A stretch of DNA of 64,000 nt, taken from Clostridia bacterium. GTDB lineage: Bacteria; Bacillota; Clostridia; UBA1212; UBA1255. This document shows, in pieces, positions 1-7,619 of this stretch. The stretch is taken from the NCBI GenBank assembly GCA_017560225.1, contig JAFYOJ010000090.1, forward strand, positions 1,386-65,385, in the 5' to 3' direction. The position numbers and the translations under genes were made by a program. Every line of letters begins with the position of its first letter. Positions within the stretch are counted from its first letter, which is position 1. The notes beneath the pieces were generated by a model, which worked only from the letters and a program-made list of their open reading frames with translations, searched no databases and had not been told where the DNA came from.

Positions 1-148
1 GGTTTTGAATGCTCAAATCATAATATTCCGTTTTGAGCTCTACAAAGGGATCTAATACAATCTCTTTAATCTTCGCCCACACAACGCGGGTCATTTCGTC
101 TCCGTCCATCTCCACCAAAGGTGTTTTCATCATAATCTTATTGTTCAT
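1..148 (-). CDS. icd: NADP-dependent isocitrate dehydrogenase, N-terminal fragment (gene continues beyond window start)
   Basis: Minus-strand translation from the ATG at 148..146 gives MNNKIMMKTPLVEMDGDEMTRVVWAKIKEIVLDPFVELKTEYYDLSIQN, which matches the N-terminus of IDH1-type NADP-IDH (PLVEMDGDEMTRIIW motif). GGAGG RBS lies 6 nt upstream. The ATG overlaps the upstream gene's TGA (ATGA). Confidence 0.7.
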   Translation of the reverse strand, partial: MNNKIMMKTPLVEMDGDEMTRVVWAKIKEIVLDPFVELKTEYYDLSIQN

Positions 149-1425
149 ATCTGTTCCTCCCATTTTCTCGGATTAGTTCTTTCAAATTCTAAATACATTT
201 CTCTGGCTGACTCTGCACTATCGATGCCCGTAGGATTCTTAACCGGGGCAAATTCTTCTGTCCGTTCGATGCGCACCACTTGTAAATCATCCAAGTATAA
301 GAACGTATCAAACAAGAATAATTCAAATTTATATCCTTTCGGCACTGTAATCTCCTGTTTTGTTTCCGGATCCAAATAGGTCAGCTTCTTAACCGCAATA
401 TGGTACTCCGTACCTAAGGCTGCCAAACGCTCCACGGCATCCAACGTAAATATGTAATTTAATACGTTGGTATCACCATAGGTCCATTCCCCATTGTCAT
501 TCTTCATTTCTGCATATAACGTAGGAATTTCCGTATACTCCAATACGCCGGGACGCCCATCGCGGCGACAGAAGATACCGGCTTTCTCTCCGGGATCCCG
601 TTTAATATAAGACTTTGCCGTAGCTTGCGGCTGCTTCTCATCGGTAAGCAGGGCACCTAAGAACATAGGATCTGCCATCTTTACTAAGCAGTTATCAATA
701 CCGCAAACAAATAAATATTTAGCACCGTGGGCCTTCATCACGTCTAACAAACCGCAATTGGCAAGAGAAATAAACATACCACCGTTTCCATTGGGACTTC
801 TCAGCAATTCACTTTCAGAAGCCAATTGTAATTTCCCATCTTCGGTAACCGCCGGAATCATGGTTTGAGGGAAAAAATGAATTTTCTCCTTGGGATAACC
901 AAAATAGTTCTTTGCTTCAAAGAATGCCACTGTATCCCCATGATTGATGGTACTGGTCATAATATACCAATGGGGCTGGTATCCTGCGCGCTTTGCCACG
1001 GCATCAATCCCCTTACACTGAATCTCAAATAAAGATTCATCTCCGGGAAGTTGAATGGAATAAGTTCCCTTTGGTCCATCATGCCCAAGACGCGTACCTT
1101 GACCGCCGGCCATGGTCAATACCGCCAATTCACCTTTGCCAATGGACGCTAAACCCACACGACTCAATGCAACCTTCTCAGCATCCGTCATCTTGGTGGT
1201 ATCCAAGTACGGCAACGGTTCAATTTCATTAAACGCAGGGGTCACTTCCGTAGTAGACGCTGCGCTGGCTTTCTCATAAAGTTTGCCCATCAGGTCAAAA
1301 TCAACTGCATCCAATTGTTGCAGTAAAGAAGCTTTGGCTTCGTCACCCAATCCGTCATAGGTAGACAGCAAGTGAAGCTGCCCCGCCTTCTCTAATTTCT
1401 CATAAATACGATTATATAAATCCAT
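145..1425 (-). CDS. UDP-sugar / UDP-N-acetylhexosamine pyrophosphorylase (UDPGP/UAP1 family)
   Basis: LTMAGGQGTRLG nucleotide-binding motif and overall UDPGP-family architecture. Start moved to M14 (ATG 1425..1423) because the track ORF otherwise overlaps the ricT stop by 38 nt. Stop overlaps the icd start (ATGA). Confidence 0.7.
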   Translation of the reverse strand: MDLYNRIYEKLEKAGQLHLLSTYDGLGDEAKASLLQQLDAVDFDLMGKLYEKASAASTTEVTPAFNEIEPLPYLDTTKMTDAEKVALSRVGLASIGKGELAVLTMAGGQGTRLGHDGPKGTYSIQLPGDESLFEIQCKGIDAVAKRAGYQPHWYIMTSTINHGDTVAFFEAKNYFGYPKEKIHFFPQTMIPAVTEDGKLQLASESELLRSPNGNGGMFISLANCGLLDVMKAHGAKYLFVCGIDNCLVKMADPMFLGALLTDEKQPQATAKSYIKRDPGEKAGIFCRRDGRPGVLEYTEIPTLYAEMKNDNGEWTYGDTNVLNYIFTLDAVERLAALGTEYHIAVKKLTYLDPETKQEITVPKGYKFELFLFDTFLYLDDLQVVRIERTEEFAPVKNPTGIDSAESAREMYLEFERTNPRKWEEQI

Positions 1426-1426
1426 A

Positions 1427-2293
1427 TTAATCTGCGTGCTCCTGTTCTGCTGTATGATTGGCATGATTGTGATGTTTCTTTTTCTTCAAAACCTCGACTT
1501 CTTCTGCCTTAAACTTATGCAGTTCACCATTCTCACCATCTTGATCCAAGCGAACTTGCACCGTCTCACGAAGCAAGTCATTGGCTTCCACCACACCTTT
1601 GCCCTCCGGGGTTTCTACCCAAGCACCTACACCGGGCACTCTTCGAATGGCATCCTCATAGGCCTCTTGCTCATACTTCAGACAGCACATCAGTCTTCCG
1701 CAAGTACCGGAAATTTTGGTTGGATTCAGCGACAAGCCCTGTTCTTTTGCCATCTTAATGGACACCGGTTGAAAATCTCCAAAGGCAGATGCGCAGCATA
1801 ACACGCGGCCGCAAATACCCAAACCGCCCACGGTCTTCGCTTCATCCCGCACACCAATCTGGCGAAGTTCAATGCGAGTACGGAAAACGGATGCCAACTC
1901 TTTCACCAAGTCACGGAAATCAATGCGATTCTCGGAGGTGAAATAGAACAACACTTTACTGCCGTCAAAGGTATATTCCACATCAATGAGTTTCATATCC
2001 AATCCGTGTTCCCGGATTTTCTCCTGACAAACTTTGAAAGCCTCTTTCTCTTTTTGTTTGTTTGACTCAAAGGTCTTTCGATCCTCTTCTGTGGCAATCC
2101 GAACAATATCCCGAAGAGGTGCTACCAGTTCGCTGTCCTCTACTTGCCGAACATCCGTAACGGCTTCACTATATTCAACACCTCTGGAGGTATCCGCAAG
2201 CACGTACATGCCTTTTCGAATTTCCAACCCATTCGGTGCAAAATAATACATCTTTCCTGTGTTCCGGAAACGAACACCTACTACTTCTGTCAT
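1427..2293 (-). CDS. ricT: PSP1 C-terminal domain protein RicT (YaaT), stage 0 sporulation / RNase Y regulator
   Basis: Cys-rich PSP1 domain (GICGRVLCC...CGRLMCC). Conserved position immediately downstream of holB as in Bacillus. Start ATG overlaps the holB stop (ATGA). Confidence 0.85.
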   Translation of the reverse strand: MTEVVGVRFRNTGKMYYFAPNGLEIRKGMYVLADTSRGVEYSEAVTDVRQVEDSELVAPLRDIVRIATEEDRKTFESNKQKEKEAFKVCQEKIREHGLDMKLIDVEYTFDGSKVLFYFTSENRIDFRDLVKELASVFRTRIELRQIGVRDEAKTVGGLGICGRVLCCASAFGDFQPVSIKMAKEQGLSLNPTKISGTCGRLMCCLKYEQEAYEDAIRRVPGVGAWVETPEGKGVVEANDLLRETVQVRLDQDGENGELHKFKAEEVEVLKKKKHHNHANHTAEQEHAD

Positions 2294-3300
2294 TTCATTG
2301 CCTCCTGCAATTTGATGGCCGTACTGCCCACCATCAATTTATAATTTATATTCCGTCTGAGTAATCCCCACGCATCGTTTAAAATACGAATACTGTCAAC
2401 TGCATGGTGATAACCCAGTGTTTCTGCCAACCGTTCAATTTCTCGTCTAAATTGTTCATTCTGTAAATCGCACCGGTTGCCGTATCGCGCCATTGTCATC
2501 GCATCTCTTAACAGAGAAAGTACAGAGAAGAACACAAACTCTCGATTTTCTTCGTTTTGTTCAAACAACCGTGTAAAACGAATTAAGAAATCCACCTTGC
2601 CACCGGGAAGTAAAGAAAGTACTTCCAGCGCTTCCGTAGGAATTTGTTTAAAAATCTCAAAATCCGCAATATCCAAAGCTCTTCCGATAATACCGTCAGC
2701 GTACGCACAAATCAACGTCTTAGAAACACCTTGTGCCCCATAATCAACCCCTTGGCGATCCATGGCACAAATCACTTCTTGGTCGCTGTTTCTGGCAAAA
2801 TCAATGCGTACCACGCGAGACCGAATGGTTTCTAACAGCAATGCAATATTGGTACAAACTAAGATGACTACCACATATTCCGCCGGTTCTTCCAACGTCT
2901 TCAAAAGCGCATTCTGCGCTTCTAACGTCATCTTCTCCGCCACACCAATCACATATACTTTACGCATACCGTATTCCGGTGCTTTCGCCATATCTTCCTG
3001 CAAAGCACGAATCGTTTCTACACCGATGGAGTTCTTATCCTCATCCTCCATAATAAGGGAGAAGTCCGGATTGGTCTGATTCTTCATCAAGGTACAGCCC
3101 ACACAGGCGCCGCAGCAATCATCCTCATCGGGATGCCTTTGTGCACACATAATCCCTTGGGCAAAAGCACGGGCAAAAGATTTACGACCAATTCCGGTAG
3201 GTCCGCAAAACGCAAAAGCATGACCCACACGATCGCCGGTGATCATATCCGTCAATGTTTTCTTTATTTCATTCTGCCCATACAATCCATCAAATAACAT
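2290..3300 (-). CDS. holB: DNA polymerase III subunit delta-prime
   Basis: AAA+ clamp-loader N-terminus (HAFAFCGPTGIGRKSFA) with a Zn-finger-like CCGACVGC. Conserved darA-holB-ricT order. Confidence 0.85.
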   Translation of the reverse strand: MLFDGLYGQNEIKKTLTDMITGDRVGHAFAFCGPTGIGRKSFARAFAQGIMCAQRHPDEDDCCGACVGCTLMKNQTNPDFSLIMEDEDKNSIGVETIRALQEDMAKAPEYGMRKVYVIGVAEKMTLEAQNALLKTLEEPAEYVVVILVCTNIALLLETIRSRVVRIDFARNSDQEVICAMDRQGVDYGAQGVSKTLICAYADGIIGRALDIADFEIFKQIPTEALEVLSLLPGGKVDFLIRFTRLFEQNEENREFVFFSVLSLLRDAMTMARYGNRCDLQNEQFRREIERLAETLGYHHAVDSIRILNDAWGLLRRNINYKLMVGSTAIKLQEAMK

Positions 3301-3309
3301 AATACTCCG

Positions 3310-3636
3310 TTAGAACTTATGAAACTGATCCACATCCACCACAAAAACCGTGGCACCACCCACTGTAATTTCCACAGGATAGGAAAGATATTCGCCGGTT
3401 GCTGCCGGAGACACGCCGGGATTGATCACTTTCCGATGGCTCTTACAAGTGGATTCTATAATTTCCAGAACGCGAGCCACACCATCTTCCTCTACGCCAA
3501 TTAAGAGCGTCGTATTGCCCACGCGTAAAAAGCCGCCGGATGAACACATCTTGGTCACCATAAAACCGTTTATGTTCAATTCATCCATCACATTCACTGA
3601 ATCTTCATCCTGGACAATAGCAAGCACCAGCTTCAT
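3310..3636 (-). CDS. darA: PII-like cyclic-di-AMP receptor DarA (YaaQ, DUF970)
   Basis: 108-aa PII-like protein (MKLVLAIVQDEDS...) upstream of holB, as B. subtilis yaaQ. Confidence 0.8.
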   Translation of the reverse strand: MKLVLAIVQDEDSVNVMDELNINGFMVTKMCSSGGFLRVGNTTLLIGVEEDGVARVLEIIESTCKSHRKVINPGVSPAATGEYLSYPVEITVGGATVFVVDVDQFHKF

Positions 3637-3655
3637 ACGAATCCCCCCAAACGTA

Positions 3656-3985
3656 TTAAACCCCTAATTTCGCCGCAGAAATTTCAGAAATTTCCATTTC
3701 AATTTCTTTCTCAATGCGACGAATATCTCTTTGAATATCCTCTAATGTCTCATTGGCTTTCACATGTTCATGGTGTCTGTGAGAAAAATCACGTCTGTAA
3801 TGCTGTCCGTTATTTCCGTTATTGTTATTGTTGCCATGACCGGCATTCTGTTCCCCCTCTTGTCTTTGGGGATTATTGTTATAACGGTTATGATTGCGGT
3901 GTCCGTGATGACGTCTGCGTCCACCGTTATGCCCACCTTGACGGCCATTTTGTTCCCGATTTCTCTCCTCGTTCCCTTCTGCCAT
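3656..3985 (-). CDS. His/Asn/Gly/Arg-rich low-complexity protein with C-terminal coiled-coil; hypothetical
   Basis: ATG start, 109 aa. N-terminal two-thirds is NGGRRRHHGHRNHNRYNNN...GHGNNNNNGNNG. C-terminus EDIQRDIRRIEKEIEMEISEISAAK is a predicted coiled-coil. No recognizable family. Confidence 0.45.
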   Translation of the reverse strand: MAEGNEERNREQNGRQGGHNGGRRRHHGHRNHNRYNNNPQRQEGEQNAGHGNNNNNGNNGQHYRRDFSHRHHEHVKANETLEDIQRDIRRIEKEIEMEISEISAAKLGV

Positions 3986-4019
3986 TCAACTTCACAATCC
4001 TTTCTTTTCTAATATGTCT

Positions 4020-4589
4020 TTACAGGATAGAATAACCAAATAAAATCCGTTCTTCCGTTAAAGACGTAAATACTACGTAATCGTCCCCCTCATTTCGATG
4101 CACCCGACCTTGCTGTGCCTCCTGTTCATAGTAAGCACGCAGTGCCAGTTCTTTGAATGCATCGGATTCTTGTACCGGTCCCAGCACACAATCCCGATAT
4201 AGCGATTCCGAATTCTCATACAAAAGCGGTTCGTCCATAGCAGCATCATACCGCTCAATCTGCTCCGGGAAAACGGAAGCAATAATCAAACAACGGGGCT
4301 TCCGGTACGTGCCCAATCGATAGGATTTAGCAGGGACAAGAGATGCAAGATAGCGTTCTCCCGTAAACATCCCCTCTCCTACGAATGCCTTGTTATCTTC
4401 CAACTGAAGTTTCAGCACCGCCGTACCACGCTTGGTTAAAGCGTAATCAGCCGGATGCAAATAGGCTTCCATATAAGGATGTTCTGTCCCGTACACAGAC
4501 ACACACCCAGCGGCATTATGGCTTAACTTAAGACCATACGTAACCGCATCTTCGGCAATCTCTTCAGTTGTAAACAAATAAGCCTTCAT
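4020..4589 (-). CDS. hypothetical protein
   Basis: ORF with ATG at M5 (MKAYLFT...) preceded by AGGTG RBS. No recognizable motifs. Confidence 0.5.
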   Translation of the reverse strand: MKAYLFTTEEIAEDAVTYGLKLSHNAAGCVSVYGTEHPYMEAYLHPADYALTKRGTAVLKLQLEDNKAFVGEGMFTGERYLASLVPAKSYRLGTYRKPRCLIIASVFPEQIERYDAAMDEPLLYENSESLYRDCVLGPVQESDAFKELALRAYYEQEAQQGRVHRNEGDDYVVFTSLTEERILFGYSIL

Positions 4590-4620
4590 GGATTCACACA
4601 CCTATTGAGAAAGGTTCTAA

Positions 4621-6990
4621 TTATACCTCCCTATTATACCTTGATTTTGCGTAAAATGCAACGAAACAAAATGCAGAAATCCCGGCTAATACAATCCACA
4701 AGCAGCCATTGGGCGGAGCTTCTTCTCCCGTAGTAGGATTCACAGGAATTTTTCGGTTCACAAGAGGAGTTCCACCATAAATGGTACCGTTTTCAACCCG
4801 GTAAATAGTTTCATCCAACTGATATTCTTCCGCTGTTACAATTTCCTGCACATATAAATCAACGGGAAAATACGTAAATAGGCAAACCCGCCCACTTTGA
4901 TCAGGACTGGCTACACACAAAAGGTCACCGGGATTCACCGCAGTGCCATCCGGGGCGACGTAACTGTCATTGGCATATAACCCAAACCAGACTTCTTGAA
5001 ATCGGCTTGCGTCGCCGTCTTCTAACTTTTTGTCAAACATAACCGGGTACTTTTTCAAAACATTCTCCACCTCTACCACGCAAATTTCTTCCGGCAAAAT
5101 CGTGACCAAAAGAGGGGACAAATCGCAGGGTGCTTCATACCCTTGCGCCACCACACACTCCACCAATTGATAGACGCCCGGATATAACGTTCCGGACAAA
5201 TAACGACCTTCGCAGCAACGAATCTGTTCTACCCACGTTCCTGCCGGAATGCGCACTGTCCCATCCTCTCCGCAAATGTCCGCATAGGCATATACGTCGA
5301 AAGCACACCCCTCTAATTCCACGCGATCCAATGTAGGCTTTTTAAATCCGCAAATTTCTTCCACCGACACAATCCCCAGCCCGGTTTTTGAAATTTCAAA
5401 TTGCCCCCGAAGGGCTTTATTTTCAAGGAAAACATTTGTGGTTTCGCCCGCTTCAATTTGGCAGGTAACCGGATCACACAAGGCATATCCTTTTGTATGC
5501 TCGTTCGCAAGTTCCGTAACGGTGTACGTGCCAATGGGCAATTCTGAAAGGAGAATACCGCCTTGTTCATCGGTAACAACCGTTTCGCAATATACGGTTT
5601 CCGACCCATAAGTTCCCACAATTTCAAACGCAACACCTGCACGCGACGTCATACACCCCTCAAAAGTTTTGACAATGGATAACGCCCCGGTTTTCAACCG
5701 ATTTTGAAAAACTACTTGCGTAGTAGTACGGTCCTGTACTTCCACACGCTGAGAAGGGGGCTGCTGCCAAGGAGTTTCATCGGCTAAAAGTTCCGACACC
5801 TGATACCAACCGGCAGGAAGCCCCGTTAGAAGAGCACAACCATCGTCGTTGGTTTCTACCAACCGGAGAAATTCAACATTTTCGCCTCGAACTTCAAACG
5901 CATATCCGGAAAGTGCTCCAATTTCCACCTGTTTCCGAATTTGGATATCGCCAATTTCCACGTAATCTTCCGTTTGAAGTGCCATCACACCCACTTTCCC
6001 CGCCGCCTCTGACACCGTGGATTTGCAGGCAACCACCTGGGTAGCACCACTCCCGTCGGAGAAGAACAACATTTTCTTACCACCGTCCGGAAGTTCCTTA
6101 TGAATCTCTACGGCCAATAAATTTTCAATGGGCTGTACTGACTCAAAGCGATATCGATACTCTCCTAAATAGGAAACTTGCAACCAGGGAATCGTGTTGC
6201 CTTGTGTGTCTGACAGGGTAAAATGTGCTCCTGTACAATATTCATCCTGCAGTTCCAACACATACCGGCCATTTTTCTCATACTGTACCAACGTTTCTCC
6301 GGTTTGACGCAAATCGCCGGAGGGTTGCACAAAAGAAGGAAGTTGCAAATAGGTCTCCATTTGCGTAAGAATCCAATGATAACAACGTTCCGCAGGGCGG
6401 TCTTTGATCATATTATAATAAATATCGGCTTCAACTTGCCCATTGTTCTGTCTTGGGAAAACGCCCCGGCGAATCCCTTGTTGATACTCCCACACCAGCA
6501 CTTGCGTGGCTAGCCAATAGTCATCTTCATTGGTATCGGGCACAGGGGAAGCTTTTCCATCTTCATATCCAAATTGAAGCGTCAACCAAATTCCTTGCCG
6601 AGCCGCCTCCGGCAGCCGTTCGTAGTAGTCATTTGGCATTTCCAAATCTTCTTGCATATATTTGTCCCCACCGTAATAATAAGGAAGTCCGGTACCGATA
6701 CAATAGACAGAATGAATGGTGCCATCATAGCAAGCAATGCGTAATTTCTTTTGGATGTGACCACCCGCCGTATACTTGTATGAAGCCGTACCATCCTCCT
6801 CGTAGAGCAGAATCCAATAATCTTGATCCGCCGTATATTTCTCCCCATCGCTGCCAATGCAATCTACCATATTAGGATCCCATATTTCATTCCACGCCGG
6901 TTCTTGGGCGTAGACCATCCCATTCCCTACGATTCCACCAATCAACAAAATCACCATCTGCACAATACAAATTACTTTTTTCACAAACAT
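4621..6990 (-). CDS. Cell-wall-anchored adhesin with N-terminal thioester domain (TED), Cna-B/SpaA-like stalk repeats and C-terminal NPxTG sorting signal
   Basis: Signal peptide (MFVKKVICIVQMVILLIGG). TED signature WLATQVLVWEY (TQxxVW Gln motif) with upstream Cys candidates (SVYCIGTG, RIACYDG). Repeated about 100-aa beta-rich segments follow. C-terminus is VNPTTGEEAPPNG + hydrophobic helix + KSRYNREV, a cell-wall sorting signal of the class-B type NPxTG. Start set to ATG at M5; the track M1 is TTG. Confidence 0.7.
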   Translation of the reverse strand: MFVKKVICIVQMVILLIGGIVGNGMVYAQEPAWNEIWDPNMVDCIGSDGEKYTADQDYWILLYEEDGTASYKYTAGGHIQKKLRIACYDGTIHSVYCIGTGLPYYYGGDKYMQEDLEMPNDYYERLPEAARQGIWLTLQFGYEDGKASPVPDTNEDDYWLATQVLVWEYQQGIRRGVFPRQNNGQVEADIYYNMIKDRPAERCYHWILTQMETYLQLPSFVQPSGDLRQTGETLVQYEKNGRYVLELQDEYCTGAHFTLSDTQGNTIPWLQVSYLGEYRYRFESVQPIENLLAVEIHKELPDGGKKMLFFSDGSGATQVVACKSTVSEAAGKVGVMALQTEDYVEIGDIQIRKQVEIGALSGYAFEVRGENVEFLRLVETNDDGCALLTGLPAGWYQVSELLADETPWQQPPSQRVEVQDRTTTQVVFQNRLKTGALSIVKTFEGCMTSRAGVAFEIVGTYGSETVYCETVVTDEQGGILLSELPIGTYTVTELANEHTKGYALCDPVTCQIEAGETTNVFLENKALRGQFEISKTGLGIVSVEEICGFKKPTLDRVELEGCAFDVYAYADICGEDGTVRIPAGTWVEQIRCCEGRYLSGTLYPGVYQLVECVVAQGYEAPCDLSPLLVTILPEEICVVEVENVLKKYPVMFDKKLEDGDASRFQEVWFGLYANDSYVAPDGTAVNPGDLLCVASPDQSGRVCLFTYFPVDLYVQEIVTAEEYQLDETIYRVENGTIYGGTPLVNRKIPVNPTTGEEAPPNGCLWIVLAGISAFCFVAFYAKSRYNREV

Positions 6991-7619
6991 CCCCCTTCCC
7001 AATCCTTCTCAAAAACCAACAAAGCGGCATACAAAACCACTTCCATTTCCCCAAAACCTTTACAGTCTTGCACGATTTCCTCCAATACATCCGCCTGTAC
7101 CATCGGGTTGCTCCCCGCCGCATGCATCACTTTCTGCAAACAAGTCCGAATCGCCTTTCCGTGACGTCCCCGGGGACTTTGATATAACAGAAGTTGAATT
7201 TGTTCCAATCCCGTAAACTTATCACTCATCAAGGCCCCTTCTACGTGAAGCAATTCATCCGGCACCTTCCCAAACAGCCACGTATGGACCGGCAAGCTAC
7301 CCAGCGCCATCAACAGCTGACGAAGACAATGCCGTTCTTCTAAAAGATAGGGCATCATAAAAATCAAATTAACAAACATACGTATAACCGGTGCGTATTT
7401 AAAGGTGTTCCAAAGACGTTCTGCCGCTTCCGAAACTGCATCCGAATCGCCTTGTTGCAAAGCCTGTAACCACGGCAGCAAATAATACGCCGCTACCTTC
7501 GGCAGTCCCACGGAGCAACGAGTATATACCTCATTTGCAGAAGAGGCTCCGGCTAAACCATAGCAAAAAATACGGATGGTTTTAGGAATTTGCCGAACAA
7601 ACATAAAATGACGAATCAT
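6981..7619 (-). CDS. hypothetical protein
   Basis: 212-aa ORF with ATG start directly abutting the upstream stop (TAAATG). No recognizable motifs. Confidence 0.5.
   Translation of the reverse strand: MIRHFMFVRQIPKTIRIFCYGLAGASSANEVYTRCSVGLPKVAAYYLLPWLQALQQGDSDAVSEAAERLWNTFKYAPVIRMFVNLIFMMPYLLEERHCLRQLLMALGSLPVHTWLFGKVPDELLHVEGALMSDKFTGLEQIQLLLYQSPRGRHGKAIRTCLQKVMHAAGSNPMVQADVLEEIVQDCKGFGEMEVVLYAALLVFEKDWEGGCL

Noticed and set aside
145-1464. Full-length 439-aa version of the UDPGP ORF starting at 1464
   Set aside because: Would overlap the ricT 3' end by 38 nt and has no RBS. The ATG at M14 (1425) starts 1 nt after the ricT stop.
3745-4035. Overlapping ORFs (3745..4035 +, 3760..3948 -, 3764..4012 +) in the His/Asn-rich gene region
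   Set aside because: Frame artefacts of low-complexity CAT/AAT/GGN-rich DNA. Only the 3656..3985 minus frame has an ATG start and ends just before darA with operon-like spacing.
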